Origin: Dehalococcoidia bacterium
Lineage (GTDB): Bacteria > Chloroflexota > Dehalococcoidia > SM23-28-2 > HRBIN24
DNA: 64,000 bases
Assembly (NCBI GenBank): GCA_035574155.1
Contig: DATLZD010000062.1
Coordinates: 1,878-65,877, forward strand
Direction of reading: 5' to 3'
Part shown: one piece after another, positions 1 through 11,133 of the stretch
Layout of the letters: each line of letters opens with the position of its first letter
Numbering within the stretch: position 1 is the first letter of the stretch
The notes under the pieces: generated by a model
Database searches by the model: none
What the model was told of the DNA's origin: nothing
The model's input: the letters and a program-made list of their open reading frames with translations, nothing else
Position numbers and translations under genes: made by a program

Positions 1-1
1 C

Positions 2-2956
<2,955 letters not shown>

Positions 2957-3026
2957 CGGAGGCCGGACCCCTGCGCTATACTACCCTTGGAGCTACAGCT
3001 ACCGGAGCAGAGCGAGGGGAGCGGCC

Positions 3027-3386
3027 ATGATCACCATGACTGAGCGGGCAGCCAGCAAGGCTAAGGAGATACTGGCCCAGAAGGGCGTTGGGCCCGAGGG
3101 CGGGCTGCGTGTCTTCGTGGTCGGCGGCGGCTGCTCTGGCTACCAGTATGGCATGGCCCTTGCCCGCGAGGTGGAGGAGGACGACTTCGTCATCGAGCAG
3201 GACGGCGTGCGCTTGGTGGTGGATCCCGAGAGCGCGGCCCTCCTGGAGGGGGCCGAGATCGACTACGTGGACGACCTGATGAAGGCCGGCTTCACCATTT
3301 ACAACCCCAACGCCGTGCGCACCTGCGCCTGCGGCCATTCCTTCTCCACCGCCGAGGGCGGCGGCGCCCCCAGGCCCTGCCACTAG
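3027..3386 (+). CDS. HesB/IscA-family A-type iron-sulfur cluster carrier
   Basis: 119 aa; conserved C-terminal signature FxIxNPNAxxxCxCGxSF with three Cys; GC3-rich codon usage. Confidence 0.8.
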   Translation: MITMTERAASKAKEILAQKGVGPEGGLRVFVVGGGCSGYQYGMALAREVEEDDFVIEQDGVRLVVDPESAALLEGAEIDYVDDLMKAGFTIYNPNAVRTCACGHSFSTAEGGGAPRPCH

Positions 3387-3407
3387 GCGTCGGCGCCGCC
3401 CCGGCCG

Positions 3408-3827
3408 GTGCGCCTCTGGAGCCTCCACCCCCGCTATCTGGACCAGCAGGGGCTGCTGGCCCTGTGGCGTGAGGCCCTCCTGGCCCGCGCTGTGCTGGCC
3501 GGACGCACCAGGGGTTATCGCCACCATCCCCAGTTGGAGCGCTTCCGACGCTGCCCAGACCCCCTGGCCGCCCTGGACGCCTATCTGCTCCACGTCCGTC
3601 AGGAGGGGCTGCGCAGGGGCTACCGCTTCTGTGCCCACGACCCGGCCCCTGGCGCCTTTGGGCTGACGGTGACCACAGGACAGCTGGCCTATGAGCTGGA
3701 GCACCTGCGGAGGAAGTTGGCTGTCCGCGCCCCTGACTGGGCGCGTTGCCTGCCCCAAGGCCTGCCGGAGCCGCACCCACTGTTCAGGGTAGTGGAGGGC
3801 GACGTGGAGCCGTGGGAGCGCCCGTAA
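3408..3827 (+). CDS. Putative pyrimidine-dimer DNA glycosylase (Pdg/endonuclease V-like, Pyr_excise family)
   Basis: 139 aa starting MRLWSLHPRYLDQQGLLALWREALLA, the conserved N-terminus I associate with bacterial Pdg-like proteins; assignment from memory of family, not verified. Confidence 0.45.
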   Translation: MRLWSLHPRYLDQQGLLALWREALLARAVLAGRTRGYRHHPQLERFRRCPDPLAALDAYLLHVRQEGLRRGYRFCAHDPAPGAFGLTVTTGQLAYELEHLRRKLAVRAPDWARCLPQGLPEPHPLFRVVEGDVEPWERP

Positions 3828-3907
3828 CGGGGGGAAGGACGGCGGCCTGTCTTTACAAGGGGGCGCTCGGCCGTTAGCCTACCTACTGGCCCCATAGGAG
3901 GTGAGCC

Positions 3908-4357
3908 ATGGCCTACTGGATCGTCGTCGGCTCCGAGGAGAACTTTCGCATCGCCCAGGAGCGCGGCTTCGACCTGTTCGGCTTCAAGAGCACGCGCCGC
4001 CGCGAGACGTCGCGCATGGCCCCCGGCGACAAGCTCATCTTCTATCTCACGGGCATCATGAAGTTCGGAGGCATCGCCACCGTCACCTCTAACGTCTTCG
4101 AGGACCACACCCCCGTCTTCCGGTCCAAGAAGGCCGGGGAGGACTACCCGTTCCGGGTGCGGGTCCAGCCCGACATCTTGCTGCGCCCTGACCAGTACCT
4201 GGACGTGAAGGAGATCGCGCCGCGGCTGGCCTACACCAAGAAGTGGCCCCCAGAGCACTGGCGACTGGCCTTCCAGGGCAACCTGCACGAGATACCAGAG
4301 GAGGACTACCAGCTCATTCGTCGGGAGATGGAGGCGGCCCTCACGGGCAGCCGCTAG
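3908..4357 (+). CDS. EVE (PUA-like) domain protein
   Basis: 149 aa; YW(I/L)..S...F, GD.L.FY, and beta-barrel-like hydrophobic pattern typical of EVE/PUA-like fold; strong RBS AGGAGGTGAGCC before ATG. Confidence 0.55.
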   Translation: MAYWIVVGSEENFRIAQERGFDLFGFKSTRRRETSRMAPGDKLIFYLTGIMKFGGIATVTSNVFEDHTPVFRSKKAGEDYPFRVRVQPDILLRPDQYLDVKEIAPRLAYTKKWPPEHWRLAFQGNLHEIPEEDYQLIRREMEAALTGSR

Positions 4358-4400
4358 CTATTGCCCCAAGGCCCGGCGACGGTTACCATACGTCATCGCT

Positions 4401-5333
4401 ATGGACGACCCCCTGACGCCCCCTGGGCGAGAGGCCACCCTGGCCACCGGCCCTCTCACCCTGCGCGACAAGCTGGCAGCGGGCCGCTTCGTGGTCAGCG
4501 TGGAGATAGACCCGCCTGTTGGCCTGGACGCCCGCCGCGCCCTGCGGGCCGCTGCCCTGATGAAGGAGGCGGGGGCCGATGCTGTCAACGTCGGGGACTC
4601 CCCCACCGCCCGCGTGCGCATGAGCCCCTGGGCCCTCTGCCTCCTCATCCAGCGGGAGGTGGGCATCGAGACGGTGATGCACTACACCACCCGCGACCGC
4701 AATGCCATGGCCATCCACTCGGATATGGTGGGCTGCCATGCCCTGGGTGTCCGCAACATCCTCTGCCTGCGGGGCGACCCACCCGAGCTGGGCGGCTACA
4801 AGGACGTTATCGGCGTCTGGGACATCTCGGCGGTGGGCCTGGTCCGGGTCTTGCGACTGCTGAACGAGGGGCTGGACTGGACAGGGCGGCCCATAGGCCG
4901 GAGGGCCAGCTTCCTGATAGGGGCTGCCTGCAATCCTAACGCCGACCCCCTCGGCCCGGAGGTGCGGCTGATGCGGCGCAAGGTGGAGGCGGGCGCCCAC
5001 TTCTTCGTCAGCCAGAACGTCTTCGACCCCGAACGGCTGGAACGTTTCCTGGAGGCGGCGGCACCCTTCCAGCGGCCCATCATCGTCGGCGTCCTGCCCC
5101 TCCACAGCTACGAGCATGCCCAGCGTCTCCACCAGGAGGTGCCGGGCATGTATATACCGGAGGAGGTCCGGGAGCGGCTGCGGCGGGCAGGCCCCGATGC
5201 CCCCCAGGAGGGGAAGGCCATCGCCCGCGAGGTGATGGCCCTCTGCCGCCAGCGGGCGGCCGGCGTCTACCTGGTCCCCACCCACGGAAACTTCGAGCTG
5301 GTGGCCGAGCTGGTGGCCGAGGGCAGGGGGTAG
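4401..5333 (+). CDS. metF: 5,10-methylenetetrahydrofolate reductase
   Basis: 310 aa, MTHFR TIM-barrel family similarity along full length (SVEIDPP..., HYTTRDRN, LCLRGDPP). Confidence 0.85.
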   Translation: MDDPLTPPGREATLATGPLTLRDKLAAGRFVVSVEIDPPVGLDARRALRAAALMKEAGADAVNVGDSPTARVRMSPWALCLLIQREVGIETVMHYTTRDRNAMAIHSDMVGCHALGVRNILCLRGDPPELGGYKDVIGVWDISAVGLVRVLRLLNEGLDWTGRPIGRRASFLIGAACNPNADPLGPEVRLMRRKVEAGAHFFVSQNVFDPERLERFLEAAAPFQRPIIVGVLPLHSYEHAQRLHQEVPGMYIPEEVRERLRRAGPDAPQEGKAIAREVMALCRQRAAGVYLVPTHGNFELVAELVAEGRG

Positions 5334-5891
5334 GTGGCAGGAGTGGCCCAGGACAGGACGCCGCCCAAGAAAGAGAGGGACCCCATCGCCGATGCCCTGG
5401 AGATGATGGTCTATGGCCTCTACATTGTGGGCTCCTACAAGGGGGACGAGGTCAACGGCATGATGGCCGACTGGGTGATGCAGGTCTCATTCCGTCCCCG
5501 CCTGCTGCTGGTGGCCCTGGAAAGGGACGCCCGCACGCTGGAGAACGTGCGGGCCACCGGCGCTTTCACCGTCAATATGCTGGGCACCGAGGAGGCCGAT
5601 ATTGAGCTGGCCCGCAAGTTCGCCCAGCCCTACTACGCCGCCAAGGTGGAGGGCCGCCCCGAGGAGGAGGCCGCCAAGGTCTACCGCAAGCTGGAGGGCA
5701 TCCCCTACAGCCGCAGCCGTAGCGGCTGCCCCGTTCTGGACGACGCCGTGGCCTGGCTGGAGTGTCAGGTGGAACAAGAGGTGGAGGCGGGCGACCATGT
5801 GCTGGTCATCGGGCGGGTGGTGGACGGCGACGTCCGCCGCTACGGGCCCATCCTGAGCTCCGAGGTGACGGGCTGGACTTATTCAGGCTGA
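5334..5891 (+). CDS. Flavin reductase-like (FMN-binding split-barrel) domain protein
   Basis: 185 aa; GTG start immediately after metF stop (zero gap); flavin_reduct family pattern. Confidence 0.7.
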   Translation: MAGVAQDRTPPKKERDPIADALEMMVYGLYIVGSYKGDEVNGMMADWVMQVSFRPRLLLVALERDARTLENVRATGAFTVNMLGTEEADIELARKFAQPYYAAKVEGRPEEEAAKVYRKLEGIPYSRSRSGCPVLDDAVAWLECQVEQEVEAGDHVLVIGRVVDGDVRRYGPILSSEVTGWTYSG

Positions 5892-5928
5892 GGGACGCCT
5901 GGCTGCCCTCCTCGGTCTGTAAACGGTC

Positions 5929-5942
5929 AAAATAGCTATTTT
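5929..5942. promoter_or_regulatory. 14-bp perfect palindrome AAAATAGCTATTTT in AT-rich intergenic island (candidate operator)
   Basis: Perfect dyad in the only strongly AT-rich ~90-nt stretch of this part of the window, between flavin reductase gene and small hypothetical gene. Confidence 0.35.
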
Positions 5943-6220
5943 GCAGCCGCAACATATTGACTTCTTGTCCTCCGCTAAAATAACCTTCCTTTGACCCTGT
6001 CCCACGTTGGAACCGAGGGGAAAAAGGGCGGGCACGGGCGGGGGGCGACCCCTAGGCCCGCTACTGGTCGGTGGCAGGACGCGCCAGGCTGCTGCGGTAG
6101 AGAAGGCTTGTCCGCAGCGATCAATGACCTCCAAGTGCCAAGGAGTAGGAGGCGAGGGGGATTGACGAGGCCCCTCATGGCTTCCCTCGACGGCGGCGAG
6201 GGCGGTAGGGGCCGGCACCG

Positions 6221-6562
6221 ATGGCGTGTGGGGTGTGGGGAGGGGTGGTGCTCGTGAGCCTCTACTACATCATCTGCTGCGAGGCGATCCCTGGGGAGGA
6301 GGAGAACCTGGACGACTTCCTCAACAACAGGGCAGTCCCCTTTTGGGTGGCCCAGCCGGGGGTGAGGGCGGTCCAGGTCCTGGGGACCCTCCTCAGCGAC
6401 GACTCGCGCCGGCTCATCATCGTGGAGGTGGCCGACCTGGAAGACCTGGAGCGGATCCAGTCCCAGAGGGAGCACCGTCACCTGCGACGGGAGATGCTGG
6501 GCTACGCCGCCCGGGCCAGCTCCCAGATCTACTATACGGTGACCTTCGTGTCGGCCCCTTAA
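6221..6562 (+). CDS. Hypothetical small protein (possible start at GTG 6254 with GGGGAGGGG RBS)
   Basis: Strong GC3 codon bias over ~100 codons; no family recognised; 3' end overlaps convergent DinB gene by 4 nt. Confidence 0.5.
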   Translation: MACGVWGGVVLVSLYYIICCEAIPGEEENLDDFLNNRAVPFWVAQPGVRAVQVLGTLLSDDSRRLIIVEVADLEDLERIQSQREHRHLRREMLGYAARASSQIYYTVTFVSAP

Positions 6563-7044
6563 GGGGCGTCCAGGTCCGGCTCCTCCAGCAGGGCCTTCAG
6601 GCGTCGCACCTGCCAGAGGTGCTCCAGGTCGTGCTGGGCCAGCTCGCGGACCAGTTGGGCCACGGTGACGGTCCCACGCAGGGGGTGGCGACAGGGCCGC
6701 TGCCACTCCTCATCGCTGAGGGACCAGAGCAGGTGCAGGAGACGTCGGCGCAGGCCTGCCATCTCCTCGGCCAGGGCGCCCACGTCCTGGTCCTGGTAGC
6801 CCCGCTCCTGCGGCAGGGCGTCCAGGTCACGGTGGGGCAGGGGTCGGCCCGCCAGGGCGGCCTGGACCTGCTCCAAGGCCAGGGCCTGGGCGTCCCGCAG
6901 GTGCCCCAGCACCTCTTTCAGGCTCCACTCGTCGGGAGAGGGGCGAAAGGCGAGGGCCGCCTCCCCTAGCTCCAGCAGCTCCTCCAGGAGCTGGTCGCCC
7001 GCCTCCCGCAGGGCCTTCAGCAGGAAGTCATGGTCGGCACCCAT
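6559..7044 (-). CDS. DinB/YfiT-like (DinB_2) putative metal-dependent protein
   Basis: 161 aa; four-helix-bundle DinB_2-like pattern with conserved His positions (HLRD, HDLEH). Confidence 0.6.
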   Translation of the reverse strand: MGADHDFLLKALREAGDQLLEELLELGEAALAFRPSPDEWSLKEVLGHLRDAQALALEQVQAALAGRPLPHRDLDALPQERGYQDQDVGALAEEMAGLRRRLLHLLWSLSDEEWQRPCRHPLRGTVTVAQLVRELAQHDLEHLWQVRRLKALLEEPDLDAP

Positions 7045-7092
7045 CCCAGGCCATTGTAGGGTGTGGGGGTGCCGCTGCTGGAGGGGCCCGCC

Positions 7093-8331
7093 TCAGGAAG
7101 CGGCCCGCAGGCCGGCCGCGGCCGCAGCGGCGGCCAGGGGTGCCGACTCCCAGGGCAGGGATAGCTGTCGAGGGGCCTCCTCATGGTTGCGGGCCCATAG
7201 GGCACGGGCGGCAGCGCGGTCGGCCAGGTAGCGCCCGTCCAGGAGGACGAAGGGGAGGGCCCGCCCCACCACGACCCCCAGCGCCCGCAGCTCCTCCAGG
7301 CCGCGGATGGCCCCCTGGCGTCGGCGCCGGAGGATGCGGCTGGCGCTCTCGGGGCCGATGCCGGGGACCCGCAGCAGCCACTCCCGCGGTGCTCGGTTCA
7401 CCTCCACTGGGAACAGCTCCGGGTGGCGCAGCGCCCAGGCCAACTTGGGGTCCATGTGCTGGGGCAGGGAGCCGTCGGCCTGGAAGGGCAACTCCTCCAG
7501 GCGGAACCCGTAAAAGCGCAGCAGCCAGTCGGCCTGGTAGAGGCGGTGCTCCCGTAGCTTGGGGGCCGGCGGGGCCAGCACCTCACCACATACCGGGTGG
7601 TAGGCGCTGTAGTAGACACGTCGCATCCCCAGCTCGTCGTAGAGCCATTGGGTGGTGGTCAGGATGTCGCGGTCGCTGTCGCCGGCAGCGCCCACCACCA
7701 TCTGGGTTATCTGCCCGGCCCGCAGCCTGTCGGGATGCCGCGACTGCAGCCGCTGCACCTCACGCATGGGGGCCACCAGGTCTCGCCAGAAGTCCTTGCT
7801 AGGGGCGATGCGGGCCAGGTGCTCCGGGGTAGGCGCCTCCAGGTTGATGCTCACCCGGTCGGCCAGCTCGAAGGCGCGGAGGACGTAGTCGGGGGATTGG
7901 CCGGGCATGATCTTGAGGTGGATATAGCCGCGGTAACGGTAGCGGCACCGCAGGATCTCGGCCGTCTCGATGATCTTCTCGGCGCTGCGGTCGGCTCCAC
8001 CGGCCACCCCTGAGCTGAGGAACAGGCCGGCCACCATCCCCCGTTCGGCCATCTGCATGAAGGTCCGGGCCAGCTCCTCGGGGCGGAAGGAGGCGCGGCG
8101 GGCATCGCGGTGGCGGTTTATGGCGCAGTAGCGGCAGTCCAGCTCGCAGACGTTGGTGCGCAGGGCCCGCAGGAGGGGTACGCGGCGTCGTCCGCCAGCG
8201 GCAGCCCAGTATACCCCGGCGGCTCCCGGCGCCTGCCGCATCTGGGGCGAGTGGGCCGGCGAGTAGGCCGTCCCCTCCTCGTCCAGGTCCTCGGTGCCGC
8301 CCAGCAGCCGTAGCTTCTCTTCTACTTCCAT
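7093..8331 (-). CDS. Radical SAM protein, putative DNA modification/repair rSAM associated with UDG-like partner
   Basis: CELDCRYC (CX3CX2C) motif; ~410 aa after choosing ATG MEVEEKL at 8331 (track ORF extends to 8421); C-terminal helix-hairpin-helix-like region. Confidence 0.75.
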   Translation of the reverse strand: MEVEEKLRLLGGTEDLDEEGTAYSPAHSPQMRQAPGAAGVYWAAAGGRRRVPLLRALRTNVCELDCRYCAINRHRDARRASFRPEELARTFMQMAERGMVAGLFLSSGVAGGADRSAEKIIETAEILRCRYRYRGYIHLKIMPGQSPDYVLRAFELADRVSINLEAPTPEHLARIAPSKDFWRDLVAPMREVQRLQSRHPDRLRAGQITQMVVGAAGDSDRDILTTTQWLYDELGMRRVYYSAYHPVCGEVLAPPAPKLREHRLYQADWLLRFYGFRLEELPFQADGSLPQHMDPKLAWALRHPELFPVEVNRAPREWLLRVPGIGPESASRILRRRRQGAIRGLEELRALGVVVGRALPFVLLDGRYLADRAAARALWARNHEEAPRQLSLPWESAPLAAAAAAAGLRAAS

Positions 8332-8432
8332 GCCCCCACACCACCTGATTAGCACATGTATTCTAATGGGCCGCCGCGGGGGATACAAGGTCCCCTTGGC
8401 ACGTAACGGCAGCCGGGGCAAAATGGGGGCGG

Positions 8433-9026
8433 GTGTCCGGGGAGGCGTCCTTTCGGGAGCTCTGCCGCCGGGTGGCCGCCTGCTACGCCTGCCCGGCGAT
8501 GCGTCACGTGCACGTGCTGGGCGAGGCCAACGGCCCCCTGGAGGCCCGGGCCATGTTCGTGGGTGAGGCGCCCGGCAGGCTGGGGGCTGCCCGCACCGGC
8601 GTCCCCTTCACCAGCGACCAGTCGGGCCGACGTTTCCAGGAGCTGCTGTCCCTGGCCGGGCTGGAGCGGCAGGAGGTCTTCGTCACCAATGCCGTCCTCT
8701 GCCACCCCGACGGCGGCGGTCACAACCGCCGCCCCTCCCGCCACGAGGTGCAGGCCTGCTCGCGCTGGCTAGCGGCCCAGTTGGAGCTGGTCCAGGCGCC
8801 GGTGGTGGTGACGCTGGGGGAGGTGGCCCTGGCGGCCCTGCGCCTAGTGTCCCCGCATCCCTACGTGCTGCGCCATCAGGTGGGGCAGGTCCTGCCCTGG
8901 GCCGGGCGGGTGCTGGTGCCCCTCTATCATCCGTCGCCGCGGGCGGCCAACCACCGCCCGCTGGCCCTGCAAGCCGAGGACTTTCGCCGCCTGGGCCAGA
9001 TCGTGAAAACATTCACGCATCGTTGA
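8433..9026 (+). CDS. Uracil-DNA glycosylase family 4-like protein
   Basis: 197 aa; motif A GEAPG, motif B HPSPRA, conserved Cys cluster; divergent from rSAM gene. Confidence 0.8.
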   Translation: MSGEASFRELCRRVAACYACPAMRHVHVLGEANGPLEARAMFVGEAPGRLGAARTGVPFTSDQSGRRFQELLSLAGLERQEVFVTNAVLCHPDGGGHNRRPSRHEVQACSRWLAAQLELVQAPVVVTLGEVALAALRLVSPHPYVLRHQVGQVLPWAGRVLVPLYHPSPRAANHRPLALQAEDFRRLGQIVKTFTHR

Positions 9027-9050
9027 CCGTGCCCAGGCCTGCCGCCCATA

Positions 9051-9890
9051 ATGGGTCTTGCCGGGATGAATGCCGACGCCCTGCCTTACACCCTGCTGCT
9101 GGTGCTGACGGAGCTGGCGGTGGGGGGACTGTGGGTGTTGTGGGCTGCCCATCTGCGGGGGCACGTGGCCCGTAGCTTCGTGCAGTTCTCCTCCTTCCTA
9201 GTGGTGGCGGCTGCGGCGCTGGCCCTGTTGGCCGCCCTCAAGGTGACGGTGCCAGCCGAGGTGGGCGGCTATACTCTGGACGGCGCCTTCATGGGGCCGG
9301 CGCGGCTGCTTTTGGCCGTGGCACTGGCCCTGGCGACAGCCTATTGTCTGGGCACCCTGCTTCCGGGCCGCATGCCCGCCTTGGCCGTGGGCGGGGCTGC
9401 CTGCTTGGCGGGACTGGGGGCCATCGCCGCCCTGGCCGGCGTCTTCTCCCCGCCCGTGTGGGGGTATGCCGGCGTCTTCCTGGCCCTGCTGGTGGGGTCC
9501 CTGGCCGCAGGCGGCGTCTCCCTGGGGATGGTCCTGGGCCATTGGTACCTGGTCACCCCCCGCCTGCCGGAGCGCCCCCTGCGGGAGCTGACGGCCTTCC
9601 TGCTGGTGGCGCTGGCGCTGCAGGCGCTGCTGCTGGCCCCTAACCTGGCCCTACCCAGGCAGCCCATCCCCGGGGGTCCCGATGTCCCCCTTGGCCAGAA
9701 CCCCTTCCTCTGGCTGCGCATCGCTGGTGGCCTGGGCCTGCCGCTGCTCTTCACCTACATGGCCTACGACTCCAGCGGCATGCGGGCCATGCAGTCGGCC
9801 ACCGGCCTGTTGTATATTGCAATGGCGCTGGTGCTGGGGGGCGAGATCCTGGCCAAGGGGCTGATGCTGGCCACCGCCGTCCCCAGCTAG
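9051..9890 (+). CDS. Polytopic integral membrane protein, hypothetical
   Basis: 279 aa, 7-8 predicted hydrophobic helices, Ala/Leu/Gly-rich. Confidence 0.6.
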   Translation: MGLAGMNADALPYTLLLVLTELAVGGLWVLWAAHLRGHVARSFVQFSSFLVVAAAALALLAALKVTVPAEVGGYTLDGAFMGPARLLLAVALALATAYCLGTLLPGRMPALAVGGAACLAGLGAIAALAGVFSPPVWGYAGVFLALLVGSLAAGGVSLGMVLGHWYLVTPRLPERPLRELTAFLLVALALQALLLAPNLALPRQPIPGGPDVPLGQNPFLWLRIAGGLGLPLLFTYMAYDSSGMRAMQSATGLLYIAMALVLGGEILAKGLMLATAVPS

Positions 9891-9912
9891 TTCGGCTGAG
9901 AGGACGGCTGGG

Positions 9913-10329
9913 ATGCGCGCAGGGGTCATCCTGCTGGCCCTGGGTCTGGGCCTGGTCGCCTGCGGAGGCCAGGGGCCGCCGGCGGAGAGTTCCCCTGTGG
10001 CCACCTTTCCCTCCGCACCACCGCCGACGCCCACCGTCGTGGTGGCCACCGTGGCCCCGGCCACCCCCACGCCGACGCCCTCCCCGAGTCCCACACCGGT
10101 AGCCGTGACGCCGGTGACCCCCTTCGAGATCACCGTCAGCGAGGCAGTAAACATCCGTGCGGCACCCACCACCCAGGCGGCCATCGTGGGGGCCATCTAC
10201 CCCGGTGAGCGGCGGCGGGTGGTGGGCGAGGCGGCCGGCCAGGAGGTGGAGCCTGGCCGAGGCAACGTCTGGTATGCTGTCGAAGGCGGTGGCTTCGTCT
10301 ATTCCCCACTAGTGCAGAGGGTGAGATGA
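9913..10329 (+). CDS. Lipoprotein with Pro/Thr-rich linker and C-terminal bacterial SH3-like domain
   Basis: Signal peptide + lipobox LVAC; PTPTP linker; SH3b-like C-terminus (NIRAAPTT...WYAV). Confidence 0.65.
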   Translation: MRAGVILLALGLGLVACGGQGPPAESSPVATFPSAPPPTPTVVVATVAPATPTPTPSPSPTPVAVTPVTPFEITVSEAVNIRAAPTTQAAIVGAIYPGERRRVVGEAAGQEVEPGRGNVWYAVEGGGFVYSPLVQRVR

Positions 10330-10910
10330 TGGGACGCCCCTGGCCCACCCGTGAAGATGCCTGGCAGCTCCTGTGCGAGTTCACCCAGAGCGACTCCCTG
10401 CGCAAGCATGCCCTGGCGGTGGAGGCGGCCATGCGCGCCTATGCCCGCAAGTTCGGGGAGGACGAGGAGCGCTGGGCTATCGTCGGCCTGCTGCACGACT
10501 TCGACTACGAGATGCACCCCACCCCAGACCAGCACCCCCTGGAGGGGGCCCGCATCCTGCGGGAGCGGGGCTGGCCCGAGGACATCGTCCACGCCGTCCT
10601 GTGCCACGCCGACTACCTGGACGTGGAGCGGCGCACCGCCATGGACCGGGCCATCTACGCCGTGGACGAGCTGGCCAGCTTCGTGGTGGCGGTGGCCCTG
10701 GTGCGGCCCCACAAGAGCATCCACGAGGTGGACGTGGCCGCCGTGCGCAAGAAGATGAAGGAGAAGGGGTTCGCCCGGGCGGTGGACCGGGAGACCATCG
10801 TCAAGGGGGCGCAGGTGCTGGGCGTGGACCTGGACGAGCACATCGCCACCGTCATCGAGGCCCTCAAGCCCGTGGCCCACCAGCTGGGTATAGCGGGCAG
10901 CGGGGGATAA
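10326..10910 (+). CDS. HD-domain phosphohydrolase
   Basis: 194 aa; HD motif (LLHDFDY) and downstream His/Asp; ATGA overlap with upstream lipoprotein stop. Confidence 0.7.
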   Translation: MMGRPWPTREDAWQLLCEFTQSDSLRKHALAVEAAMRAYARKFGEDEERWAIVGLLHDFDYEMHPTPDQHPLEGARILRERGWPEDIVHAVLCHADYLDVERRTAMDRAIYAVDELASFVVAVALVRPHKSIHEVDVAAVRKKMKEKGFARAVDRETIVKGAQVLGVDLDEHIATVIEALKPVAHQLGIAGSGG

Positions 10911-11086
10911 GGGGCGCCCCCCTGGCCCAGGCAGGCCCCCCGCCGCTGGTCCAAGCGCCAGCATGGGGCCGGTGAACCGGCGCCCATGGACTGGGAGCGC
11001 AGCCCATCTGCAGGCAGGGCTTCGCCCCCCACCATTTGTGGACTCACCGGAGTAGAAGGGGGCCGCGCCGCGGCTATGTGGCTAAA

Positions 11087-11119
11087 GGAAGGGGGCCGCC
11101 CGCCGGGCGGCCCCCTTCC
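11087..11119. terminator. GC-rich perfect palindromic hairpin between convergent HD-domain gene and htpX (candidate bidirectional terminator)
   Basis: GGAAGGGGGCCGCCCG / CGGGCGGCCCCCTTCC 16-nt arms around a single central nucleotide; no U-tract. Confidence 0.5.
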
Positions 11120-11133
11120 CCACCTTCACGTCC

